From Hormiphora californensis (lineage: Eukaryota; Animalia; Ctenophora): DNA of 64,000 nt. Where the stretch lies: assembly GCA_020137815.1 (NCBI GenBank), contig CM035361.1, forward strand, positions 2,976,001-3,040,000, written 5' to 3'. Below, piece after piece: positions 49,648-62,900 of this stretch. Each line of letters starts with the position of its first letter. The stretch's first letter is position 1. Under the pieces are notes generated by a model, which worked only from the letters and a program-made list of their open reading frames with translations, searched no databases and was not told the DNA's origin. The position numbers and the translations under genes were made by a program.

Positions 49648-50374
49648 TCACGCCACAACATCGGTCTCAATACACGGGTTAGATGTAACATCTCCCTCCC
49701 TCTCTCTGACTGTGTACAACCTATGGGGGACCATGTGGGATGTGATGAATCGTAGCATGTCCTTTATTGCTGCTCTCCTTGATATCGGGGATCTCTCAGT
49801 TGGGGATGATCTGTCAGTTGAGGGGGATGCGATGGAATTTAGTTTCCTAACTGATCGGTCTCTCCTTCGCTTCTGTTCGTCTAGTGTCTCCTGCAGGTAA
49901 AATTCACTTTTACTAAAATTTTACTAAAATAAAACGCTAGGTTGACAGAATGAGGTAGATAGGTAAGATGGGAGAATGTAGGTGAGATATAGGAGAGATG
50001 TTGTTATGTTCTAACCCTCCTTTACACAGTCTAGCTAGACAAGAGAGATGATGACTGATGAGGTAGATGGGAGAGAGGAAAAAAGAATAAAACTCGTCAG
50101 AAGTATTGATGAGTCATTGTGAATCAAATATTTGAGTCAGTAATTGTTATGGGCATCATATATGGGCATATCATGTTGTGACACACACCAAATATGGGCA
50201 TATCATGTTGTGGCACACACCATATATGGGCATATCATGTTTTAACACACACCATATATGGTCATGGCATACCTGAATTGTGTGAGCGGGTGCTGATTGT
50301 GTCCGTCTAACTCTTGATTTATCTTTTTTCTCCAACACACCCGCATAGCACATGTTGAACTTACAAACCTCCAT
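49648..50374 (-). CDS. Small two-exon protein (~114 aa), Ser/Arg-rich, function unknown; may have upstream exons
   Basis: Exon 50374-50273 (MEVCKFNMCYAGVLEKKDKSRVRRTQSAPAHTIQ|gt) joins in phase 0 to ag|49890-49648 (ETLDEQKRRRDRSVRKL...RRAAIKDMLRFI...CIETDVVA*). Confidence 0.55.
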
Positions 50375-50963
50375 ATTCGAGCTATAAATATACAAAAAAG
50401 GATAGATTATCGGGTTTACGGTATTCAATTTAAGTTTTAAACTGGCAAAATACTCAAGCATCAATAATGAATTTATGAAAACAAAAATAAATAAGATTTT
50501 TTTCATTCGCAGGGGTAAAAAAGTTGCAATACGAAAGTTAACTGAAAGTGCACGAGGAAAAGTTAACTCACTGAATTGGGAAAGCTGAATTTAGAAATTA
50601 TAATTGCGACTGTTAGTGAAAGTGAATTGTACTGAGACATACGGTTGTTCTCTTAGTACAACACGTTATTGTTGTCACGAAACTGGTAGTTTGGTTCAAA
50701 AACATTCCAATTTCTACAATGTGAGACGGCGGGAATACGAGACAGACAATTCAAACTGAAATAGGATATGGAAAAGTCTAGAAGTCTAGAGAGAACTTGC
50801 ACGCAATCGATAAGGGACTGTCTCAACTTGTTACTCAACAAGTCTCAACTGAATGAGAGTGCAAATGTATAGGTGTCTTGTTGCAAGCATTTGTTGTTAC
50901 AGTGTGTAATAATGAGAGACCTGCATTCTTTATCGGAAAACAAGGCTTTTTGGGCTGTGTTTC

Positions 50964-52598
50964 CACGGTGCACCAGAAGGATCGTCAACCCAAAGTTGAG
51001 CCCACAAAACAAACTTTTGTTGGGGGTGACCCAGGAGGCCTTCCTGAACATCCCCACGGTGAGAAAAGTATATGTTATCGGGGGAAATTTTTGTTAAAAT
51101 CGAAAAAACTGGTTTTTGGTCCAAATTTGTGCATAACTTACTTGACTGCCGTTTGATGAAATATCTGATTGACATAAAATAAGTATACAAGACCTATTTT
51201 TGCACGAGGAATCGATTGCCGGTGGAGAGAAATCTCTAAAATGACCGGAAAATTGTCAAATATGGGAATTTTGTCATTTTTTGTGGTTTTTGGCCCTTTA
51301 ACCATTGAAAACGTTGAGATAGGAAGTTGGCAATAGCGCCAATCGTTAAAATGGTCATTTTTCTACGGGATCCCAAAATTTCATGTATATCCGATTTATG
51401 GTTAGATTTTGGCAAACTATTGAGATGTGCTTACTGAAAAAAAGATAACTTGATTTTCTCGTTTTTTGCGATTTTTTAACTTTTGACAGAATTCTGATTG
51501 AAATGGCCAATCAGGGCCATGCTAAAGTTGTTTATGGGACAATTTTCTACCAAAATCCAAGATTTCATGCAAATCCAATGACAGACCATTGATTTATAGA
51601 AAGTTGAAATAGGCAAAAAAGGCCAAGTTTTACCATGAAAATAAAAATTCACATTTTTTCTGGTCAATTTCCGTCAACAACTGGTACCCTACCTATTTTT
51701 GCACGTAGAATCGATTGCCGGTGGAGTGGATCCTCTTAAATGATTGGAAAGCGGTCGAAATGCCATTTTTGGGCGGTTTTTTGGGCCTCCAAAAAATGGC
51801 ATTTCGACCGCTTTCCAATCATTTAAGAGGATCCACTCCACCGGCAATCGATTCTACGTGCAAAAATAGGTATGGTACCAGTTGTTGACGGAAATTGACC
51901 AGAAAAAATGTGAATTTTTATTTTCATGGTAAAAATTGGCCTTTTTTGCCTATTTCAACTTTCTATAAATCAATGATCTGTCATTGGATTTGCATGAAAT
52001 CTTGGATTTTGGTAGAAAATTGTCCCATAAACAACTTTAGCATGGCCCTGATTGGCCATTTCAATCAGAATTCTGTCAAAAGTTAAAAAATCGCAAAAAA
52101 CGAGAAAATCAAGTTATCCTTTTTTCAGTAAGCACATCTCAATAGTTTGCCAAAATCTAACCATAAATCGGATATACATGAAATTTTGGGATCCCGTAGA
52201 AAATGACCATTTTAACGATTGGCGCTATTGCCAACTTCCTATCTCAACGTTTTCAATGGTTAAAGGGCCAAAAACCTCAAAAAAATGACAAAATTCCCAT
52301 ATTTGACAATTTTCCGGTCATTTTAGAGATTTCTCTCCACCGGCAATCGATTCCTCGTGCAAAAATAGGTCTTGTATACTTATTTTATGTCAATCAGATA
52401 TTTCATCAAACGGCAGTCAAGTAAGTTATGCACAAATTTGGACCAAAAACCAGTTTTTTCGATTTTAACAAAAATTTCCCCCGATAACATATACTTTTCT
52501 CACCGTGGGGATGTTCAGGAAGGCCTCCTGGGTCACCCCCAACAAAAGTTTGTTTTGTGGGCTCAACTTTGGGTTGACGATCCTTCTGGTGCACCGTG
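50964..52598. mobile_element. 1.63-kb foldback element, CACGGTG...CACCGTG termini, 4-bp TSD (Chapaev/CMC-like, non-autonomous)
   Basis: Two ~810-bp arms that are near-perfect reverse complements around a short spacer at ~51775-51790; flanks tttc|CAC...GTG|tttc. Confidence 0.85.
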
Positions 52599-54312
52599 TT
52601 TCGTCTCTTGAAAAGTGCGATGTGCTATTATAGCAATTCTGAAATATGAGTTCTACAAATTACAAAAATAGATCAGCTACACAGACACATACACAATATT
52701 CGTCTCAATTTTCTCTCCTCCTCTTGTCTTCACTCTACTACTCACGCCCAAAATAACACTCTAATTCTACACATGGTAGAGCTGTCGAGAATAGGCAGTA
52801 CCGGGCGGTGAAAGCTACATGAACACACAAAGAAAGATGAGAGAGCAACATGAAAATTGAAAACATGTAGAAACATAGGAAATGAGAGGAAAGCAAATGC
52901 TAAAAGTTGTGTATTGTTGAGTTAGCGCAGGAAAACAATGGAAGACAGGAATAGCATGTCTCAACAATATGCAATTGTTGTAACTGCTGAGTGCTGAGTA
53001 TTGTAATTAAGAAATTTCAATTAGTTTTCAAACTAATTTCATGAAATTAGTTTTCAAACTTTCCGGATCCGGATAGATGTATCATTATCAATATAGCTGT
53101 AGAATGGATCTATTATACGTCACCTGCTTTGTGCAGCACATGTGGCGTATAAGCTAAAATGAAAAGACACACCACCGCATTGCATTTGTCCTGCATATAT
53201 AATGAGTAGGAGAAGAGCTCGGTCGAGCGTAACTACTAACTAGATCCGGAAAAGGAGGGAAGTGGTACTACCACTTCCCATCTGCTGTATGGAGCAGTTA
53301 GAGCAACACATGCGATGGGAGAACAGCTGTAATACAGATGCAAATAAGATTTAGAATCTTCCAGCTGTTGCTGAGGAACAAACCTCGCGAGTTACTGTTG
53401 GAGGCATCAACAATATTAATAGGACACCACCTACAGTATATTATATATCTCTTAAAATTTCAATATCTGACAGACATGGTCGTATTATAGGAGACATATA
53501 ATACCGACCATATGTGTCTCTTGATGGCAGTTGGAAGGAAGCCAAATAAGGGAAGGGATATTTCCCTTTATCAGACACAATATGTGTCAAGCATCACTAT
53601 AAAATCTGGATGCCAACTTGGCGCCACGCCAAAAAATGCTACCGTAATTTTGGACAGGGAAAATATGAAATTCTTCCTGAAATAAATAACTGAGTCTCTA
53701 TTCGTCCATATTACTATCATACTATTATTAAAGCAAATAGGGAAATGATGGGTGATGGTTTTTTTTACCAAATATGGCAAATAGTGTTCCTATTTCCTGG
53801 AAATTCCTGGAAATGGCCTTTTGCACGTGTTGTCCCTAGAGGGACCCTGGCAACCTGCCAGCTTGAGCCTTAAACTGCACGTGCATCCTTGATTCATCTC
53901 TCTGCCGGTTGTGTGATTGATCATTTGCTCGATTTGATCTGTTCACCACGTTTCGTGAACATGACTACTCAACTTCAACACAATCGCCAGCGAGTTTGGA
54001 GGAGCCATATGTCGCAAACTGGCGTTGACCCCTATAGACTACGTGATAGAACCCTACAAAAGAGGTGATTATTATTCAAAAAATGTTGTCAACACACGTA
54101 ATAACAAAGTATCAATGGCACTAATAAGAAATGACAGTAATACGTGAAAGTATTTTGCAAATGTGCTCCTTCATAAAATACTTCAAGACTTGGCAAAAGA
54201 GGACCCGTGGTTTTTCTGTCGAAAGAATCCCTGTGGTTAATTTACTGATTTAAAAAATTTCAAATGATACTACACTATTTGCGTAGTTTACTGTATGACC
54301 ATCCCGACATTC

Positions 54313-54338
54313 GCCCGCAGGGCGAGCGGGCTTACTAG
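54313..54338 (+). mobile_element. Probable Helitron 3' terminus (hairpin + CTAG followed by T); 5' end not located
   Basis: gcccgc-agggcga-gcgggc, then ttaCTAG|t. Confidence 0.5.
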
Positions 54339-55483
54339 TATGCATCAACTGATTTATCAATATCATGAGACTTATATCGAACGAGGCATTGGCAACGAAT
54401 AAACTTATGAAAATATGAAAGCGAATGTAAAAGTGATTTAACTTTAGTCCCTTATGGGTCCATTTAGTTGCAAGATTCCTGATATACCCGCGTGAATTGA
54501 ATAAACACAGGAATAATTTGTTGAGTAGGTACTGGGGTCCCACCCTTAAGGAATGACGTAATCACGATCACACCCTTTTGTGAAGATCTTAGATCATTAC
54601 TCACTATTGGGTTTTTATAAACGTCATCAAAAAATGAAAAATATTACCTTGTATTGCCTCGTAAAAAAATCGGTATTGCGAATCTCAATTTTCAGTTTTA
54701 CATTTCCTTCCTGTTTATATGAATTCAAAGTTGTATCCAACCATATGGAATTCACAGATTCAAAAAATTCGCCTGCTACTGCAAATGTGAAACAGAAGAA
54801 ATACAGTCTGCACTGTATTATACTACCTGCACAGTAGAAAAAGCTGCATTCCTCCTCAATGAATCAATTATCGAGGAAGTAATTGGCTAATTAACATTCC
54901 GGAAACTCTGCTGCTGCAGTAACTCTCCGGTTTCCAGAAGTACCTATAACTCTCCGGAAGGGAGTTGGTACAGACAAATCAACAATGCAACAACACGCCC
55001 AGCTATTCTGCAGACAGGTAAAATGTTTGTAGGTGTAGCAGAATAGAACTAGTGTCTATATCTGGGTGTCGGGTGTGGTAATGATACTATAGTGTGCATT
55101 TGTTTGTGTGTGTGTGTGTGTGTGTATTTGTGAACGTGTTGTTTTACTGCCACTTTCTACTAAATTAGATGAGAAAGCACCCCAGGATTTACTGAAGAAT
55201 TATTTATTTGTACAAAATATATTACAGTCGGACCCCGATTTAACGGGATTTTTGGGGGAAGGGTTTGCCCGGTAAATCTGGGTCCGACTGTAGACATATA
55301 TGATAGAAGCTGGCAAAGTTTAGTTGTGTGAGCACTCTGTTGTATTAATAGTCCGCCAAGAGAGATGGATAGAGAAGGAGAGAGAAGGAGAGAGAGAGTG
55401 ATATCTCTAATTGCTGTATTTATAGTTCAGCATGAGAGTCTGTGCGTGAGAGAGCTCAAGGGTCAGGAATATAAGGGTATTAA

Positions 55484-56294
<811 letters not shown>

Positions 56295-56966
56295 ACAATA
56301 ACAACTCCTCCAGTATGTGGTCCCGCATTACACAAAAAGCTTTATAAACGCCGTTATTAAATGGCCTCAAAAGCAGCCTTTGTCTGCACATCCATATTGT
56401 CTAGACCACGTTTAACAAATGTCAGTAAAGTTGAAGTTCCATAATAGGTGCTCACAGCTGCTTGTATTGTCCACCCAACTCCAAGCTTCCCCTCCCATCT
56501 CCAGGTACAATAACACTGTCCCTTTATCCAGCAGTGTCGGTATAACAATAGCAGTTGGCCTGCCCCCTTTATCCAGCGATGACGGATCAAGGGCGTGGTA
56601 GACAAGTCTAGCTATTGTAAAGTGCTAGATGTCCATTGTTATGGAGGATAAAAGGGGACACTACTACTATAATAGCTGAATTTAACAACATGGTTAGTGT
56701 CAAAGCTGTCGCAGAACCGTTGCGTTTAGTTTCTCAATTCAATTCTCTGTATCACTATCAGTTGTTAGGCGTCTGTTCTATTATAAGTTGCAAATGTTAT
56801 ATTCTATGATTTCTATTACAAATTTTATTTTCTATGATTACCAATAACAGCTGGGTCTAAAACTTGGTTTCTGGTAACAGTTATTTCCCACGCTCGAACT
56901 ACTTGATATCGTAACCAAACATGCTCTGATTCCCCAACTCTTTCCAATTCTAGCTGCGAAGGAGTT

Positions 56967-59900
56967 ATGCGGTCTCTCATCGGGGTGCTATTCATAGCAC
57001 TGTCAGTGCAATCACTTATTATACCTGAAAAACTCGAAAAGAGGGAACAGAGGACAGAGATTATTTACACTAATGTAGCTGAGGGAAAGGAAACCAAACA
57101 GGTTCGTAGATCTCTCTCTCCAGTTGTAGTTACATGTATGTTGTTATAGTTGTTTATCAGGAACCGACCGAATTAAGTAAACATCCAATCAGAACTCGTT
57201 ATTTAGGTCACGTGACTGGTTATCAGCCAATCAGGGACTAGTATTTCCTGATTCGGTCGGTTCCTGCTCTCTCCAGTAGTAGTTACACGTATGTTGTTAA
57301 ACATAAACAGTTTATGTTACGTGATTTTGTTAAAATTATGTGTGATCTGTGGGCTGATCCCTGTTAACAACTGAAATAGCATCCGGAACCTAAACTAAAC
57401 TTGAACGACATTCATTTTACAGACATACAATGTGTTACTAACTAAATTCCCTTCAGTTCAAGTACTGACTGTGAAACTATATGTCCTTCCCTTTTTCAGT
57501 CAAGTACAGGATGGGGCGGTGTGTCCAGCCGGGCGGTAGATGGTGAAACTAGTGGAAATTGGGGTCACGGATCCTGTACCCATGGAAACAATAGGGGACT
57601 CCAGTGGTGGGAGGTCGACCTTGGTTCAAACTATAATATCAGCTACATTGAGGTAACATATTCGGCTTAGCGAATGATTTTACAGTGCTGAAACGAAATA
57701 ACTTTGCATGATTTACGTGCTGAAACGGAATAACTTTGCGTGATTTACGTGCTGAAACGGAATAACTTTGCGTAATTTACGTGATGAAACGGAATAACTT
57801 TGCGAGATTTACGTGCTGAAACGAAATAACTTTGCGTGATTTGCGTGCTGAAACGAAATAACTTTGCGTGATTTATTGGGTCCATATAACAATTACTTTT
57901 CGTTTGCAGGTGTACGGTAGGACAGATTGTTGTTCCAGCCGGATCTCTGGTGCTAAGTTGTGGGTGGGTAACAACCTGTGTAAAACTCTCAGTGATAAGG
58001 GGGCTGCCCAGATGGAACATGTTGAATGTGAAAATCCTGATGAGAGCGTCGGAAGGAAGGTACGTGGTGTTTCAGGAATTTTTAACTCTTCACAACTTTC
58101 TACCTGTGCTACTTTTAGAGAGGGAATTTTAAAAGTTGGTCTCCAAACTAACTCCACTAAAATACATTACCAAAAAGTTTCGTTTCATTCGATTATCATA
58201 GCCTCGTGCTTTTTCAGATCCGTATCGAGGTTCTGGACTACCTGACACTCTGTGAGGTGAAAGTAATGGTCAGGTCTTCTCTGGAGTATGAAGTTGACGT
58301 GCCTACTGACACCCCCGCAGCCCACAAAGGAGAGGAACATGGAGAGCAGACTAACGTTGCCATTCATAAAACAACCGAGCAGAGCAATACTTGCAGTTAC
58401 GGGTAGGTGCCAAATTGACAAAACCCTGCACTCCCTCTGACCCTAACCTTTGGTGACGCAGCCACCCCTACACTAGCCGCACAAACGAAGCTAAACCAAC
58501 TCTATCCTCTCGCTATACTTGCACGCCCCACCTCCCACCCTATACATACCCCACCTTCCCCCTACAGATTCTGTAGGGGGAAGGTGGGGTATGTAGATTG
58601 TAGGGTGGGAGGAGTACAGATATACAGCTCACACCCCACCAATTCCCTCCTAAAACAGATACAGCTCACAACCCACGTCCCCCTACTGCAGCTACTGCTA
58701 CTACTAATGTCCCACGTCTCCCCCTACAGATACAGCTCCAACGCTGTCGATGGCTACACTGCGGGAAACTACTGGGGTTCGAGGAGCTGCACGTGTGCTT
58801 ACCAATCCAAAACAATGAACTACTGGCAGGTCGATTTGGGCAGGTGAGCAATATCTAATGGCCATTATAGGACGTTAGTCCAGGAAATCAGGGAAAAAAT
58901 AAGATTGGTTTAGTTTATGTTGCTCATCTGGGACTGTAAACAGTCACAGCTTCACACTGCCAAGTCTCGCATACGATTCCAACGGTTGAATCTATCATTC
59001 TGTATTATATATTTCCTACAGGGTTTACAACATCTCAGAAATCAAGATCTGGAGTAGAACCGATAGCAACCCAGCCTCTATGAATGGAGCTACGGTGAAA
59101 ATAGGAACCACCACATGCGGCACACTTGAGGGATTAACTCAGTAAGTAAAACTCGATGTACCGGCCCCCGATTTACCGGACGGATAAACTTCCCCGAGCG
59201 CGGACACACTGACAGTGTCAAGCGTCATAAGTTTAACAGAATTCAATCCCCATTTTAGAAAGACTCCAGAAGCCACGGTGAAGTGCGATCAAGAGAAAAT
59301 GAGTGGACGATACGTCCGAATTGAGAAGTTTAACACTTACATCATCCTTTGCGAGGTAAGTATCATATTTGTACATACATGACTATATAGTACATAACTC
59401 CCTCCCGCGCGGGCATCTATTCAATAGACGCACTGCAGAGCAGTGCGTCTATTGAGCTGTAATGCACGGATCCCGAAGGGACCGTGCATTACAGCCCTGT
59501 AAATCCCGAGCGTCAGCGAGGGGTTTACAGGTATATCTGCACGCAAGGGAGGGAGTTGTGTTCTATAGACCCCGCTGGCGGGCTCCTAGAAGCAAAACAA
59601 GCACAATTTACGTGGTTCTCAAACAGAGAGCTCACACAAAACGGGTCAAATAGTTGGAAATGAAGCTACAGATTGTCTCTCTACATTCCTACACACTCGA
59701 AACAATCGTTGTAACAGTTTCAAAGGGTGGAATGCAGAGAGAGATAACAGTTAATTGTGGGTCATGAGCAACAGTTGCAACAGACTGGCGGGCGCCAAAT
59801 CTAGACAGAGACCGTTGTAGGTTGTACACCCACTCCCTCTTGTGTTACCAAGTCATTTTATCGTGTTTCCAGTGATTCTTTGTGATCTTTACACAAATCT

Positions 59901-62900
59901 GTCAGAGGGCGTGCGTCTATCGAGACACAAACTCACGGCAGTGCACGGCCCAATAGACCAGTGCAAATTGTTTGAGCGCGCCGTGCGTCTATTTGAGCCG
60001 GCGGGGTCTATATTAGGGCATGTTCACGTGACAACCATATCACGTGTGACATTAAAGGTCCACTACTAGTTGATTGTCACGTGCAACTCAAAATGTACTC
60101 TACGTAAAGTAACGTACATAATATATATATCTAAACTCAATTCCATTTTATTAGTTGATTATAACTCTGTTTATAACTCTGTGTTAGGTGCAAGTAATGA
60201 TTGATAACTCTTATCTGTGTTAGGTGCAAGTAATGATTGATAATGAAGTGCTACCTGCTGATGATGAGGTAATTGCTACAGTGGACTACAGTCACATTGG
60301 AGAAGAGATTGATGGATACTTCAATGTTGCTAAAGGTACTATAAAACTGTGAAATAGTAATTCGTACATTGGTCTTGCAATGCATATAAATTATAATATC
60401 CAAGTTGTTTGTTTCGTCAAAACTGGTCTAATACGTGGAGGGGGTGAACCCTGTGATGAACTCACGTAGTTCAGAGTTGCATGATCAGGGAATTAGACGA
60501 CTCGATAAGATTCCATTTCTGACCGAATTATACAGGGTGTTCATATGGGATCTTTACAAGCGTTGGGCTTCACCCAGAAAAAATTTGACAAATTTAGCTC
60601 ATGAAACTTCATACTTGGACTATTCTATACCCTCATTCAAGGTTCCTGGTGTTTCCGGAGCTCTACTACCCCTGGAAGTGTGTTTTTGGTATCAAAACTA
60701 CCAGAAGGAATTTTTTTGCTGATGCTGAGACTTTGCTAGAATGTTTTTTGGGTATTTTCTATGTCAATTCCAAAGTTTCATGATGATTGGATGTGTGGTT
60801 CAGTCACCAAGGTCAAAATAAACTGGCTGGAAAGGCCCAAAATCAGCTCAAAAACGGCAAAAATTGATATTTTAGAGCTTTTCCAGGCACTTTTTTCGAA
60901 ATTTTGAGTTCATAAAACACATCCAATCATCATGAAACTTTATACAGTGCAGCACATTAATGTGTTTGTATCTGATTTTTCGGAATGACCAGTTGGGCTA
61001 TTAAACAGTAATCACGACATATTAATTGAATTCGTGATCTTCGGATCTACTGCACGAATCAAGTGATGGCACCTCGTACCGTTGAACGGTCGATTGATTC
61101 AATAACCTGTTGTTCAGGCTTGATCAATATCATGTGTGTGGGTGATGTGTGTGTGTGATGTCCCTGCAGCATAGTGCATAATACTACGGTTAATGTAGTT
61201 CATTATCATGATATGTGAGCGCTGCAGATAACTTGTGCCCTGTTTAATACGCCTAACTGGTTAGAAAGCAAGAACCCTGTTTAAATACAAGGATTGTTGC
61301 TGTTCGAGATATCCGATATAAAGATAGTGCCAATACATCAGTACTGTGGGAATATGATATGCGCCTAGATATATCGAATCCAGTGGATCGCTTGGTTACT
61401 TCCTTCGTTAAACAAGCATTGAAACTGGAGGGTTGGAGTAACTCATATACAGTGCAGCACATTAATGTGTTTGTATCTGATTTTTCGGAATGACCAGTTG
61501 GGCTATTAAACAGTAATCACGACATATTAATTGAACTTTGGAATTGACATAGAAAATACCCAAAAAACATTCTAGCAAAGTCTCAGCATCAGCAAAAAAT
61601 TCCTTCTGGTAGTTGTAATGCCAAAAACACACTTCCAGGGGTAGTAGAGCTCCGCAAACACCAGGAACCTTGAATGAGGGTATAGAATAGTCCAAGTATG
61701 AAGTTTCATAAGCTAATTTTGTCAACTTTTTCCTGGGTGAAGCCCAACGCTTGTAAAGATCCCATATGAACACCCTGTATATAAATTAATTTATAACTAA
61801 TTAATATATAATTCCCAGGCAAGAACACCAGCCAGAGTACGATCGGATGGGGTGGTACTGCAGACAAGGCGGTTGACGGAGGCGTCGCCCAGAACTTCAA
61901 CGATGGTTCCTGTACCCACACGAAAGACTAGTAAGGAGCTAATAATTGATCTGCTGGTCGGGTTCCCTTATTGTTTTCTACACATATATACAGTCCAATT
62001 TGTTCATTAAATAGTAACCTAACAAACATTCTATCCTCAGTGCGAACCCGTACTGGAAGGTTGATCTCGGCCGGGTTTACCAAATTGATCATATCAGGAT
62101 CTGGGGACGAACTGATGGACATACCCAGAGACTGCAGGATGCTAAACTCTGGATCGACGACCACCGATGTGGTACGATCATACACTGCTCCTTCATAAAC
62201 ATTTCTTATGTCACAAAGTGTAGTTTTTACTGTGAAGCTCCTTTATAAAAACAACTTCTCATCTCCAACAGGAACACTAACATCAATGGGTACAGCGTCG
62301 AAGGCTGATGTTATTACTTGCAGTGAGAAGGAGAGTGCTGGTCGTTACGTCACAATCGAACAATGGGGACAGTACTTGACCCTTTGTGAAGTGCAGGTAG
62401 TTATAATAGTTATGTTCTAAACCCTCCTTTAACCCCCCCCCCCTTTGACCTTTGTACGGAAAGAGGGTCCGGGTAAGGCAACTTTATATACTAGCCTGTC
62501 TCATATGAAACAGCGGACATTTAGTTGAGTAAGTGGTCAACAAACGGTCATTTTAGTAAACCAAACTCCAATTATTCACCTCTTTTAAATTGTTCATTTA
62601 AACTAATCAAATAACTATTAACAACTATAATCATTAACAACTAATTATACAACTACACTAATTACAGGTTATGGTAAAGAAGGGTCAGGCTGATTACGTT
62701 CCCAACACGTTTGTTTCTCGAGGGGAGATCATTGGAAACTACACCAACATTGCATTTAGAAAGGAGACTACACAGAGTACTGTTGGATGGGGTGGGGAGT
62801 CATCCCGAGCTGTCGATGGGTGGGTGAAGATATAATTAACTAGTTAATTAATTAATAAATTAATAAATAAATTAATCAACTAATTAACCTACTAATTAAT

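Noticed and set aside
50845-52611. Paired ORFs on both strands within the foldback
   Set aside because: Mirror images produced by the inverted repeat; no transposase motifs recognised.
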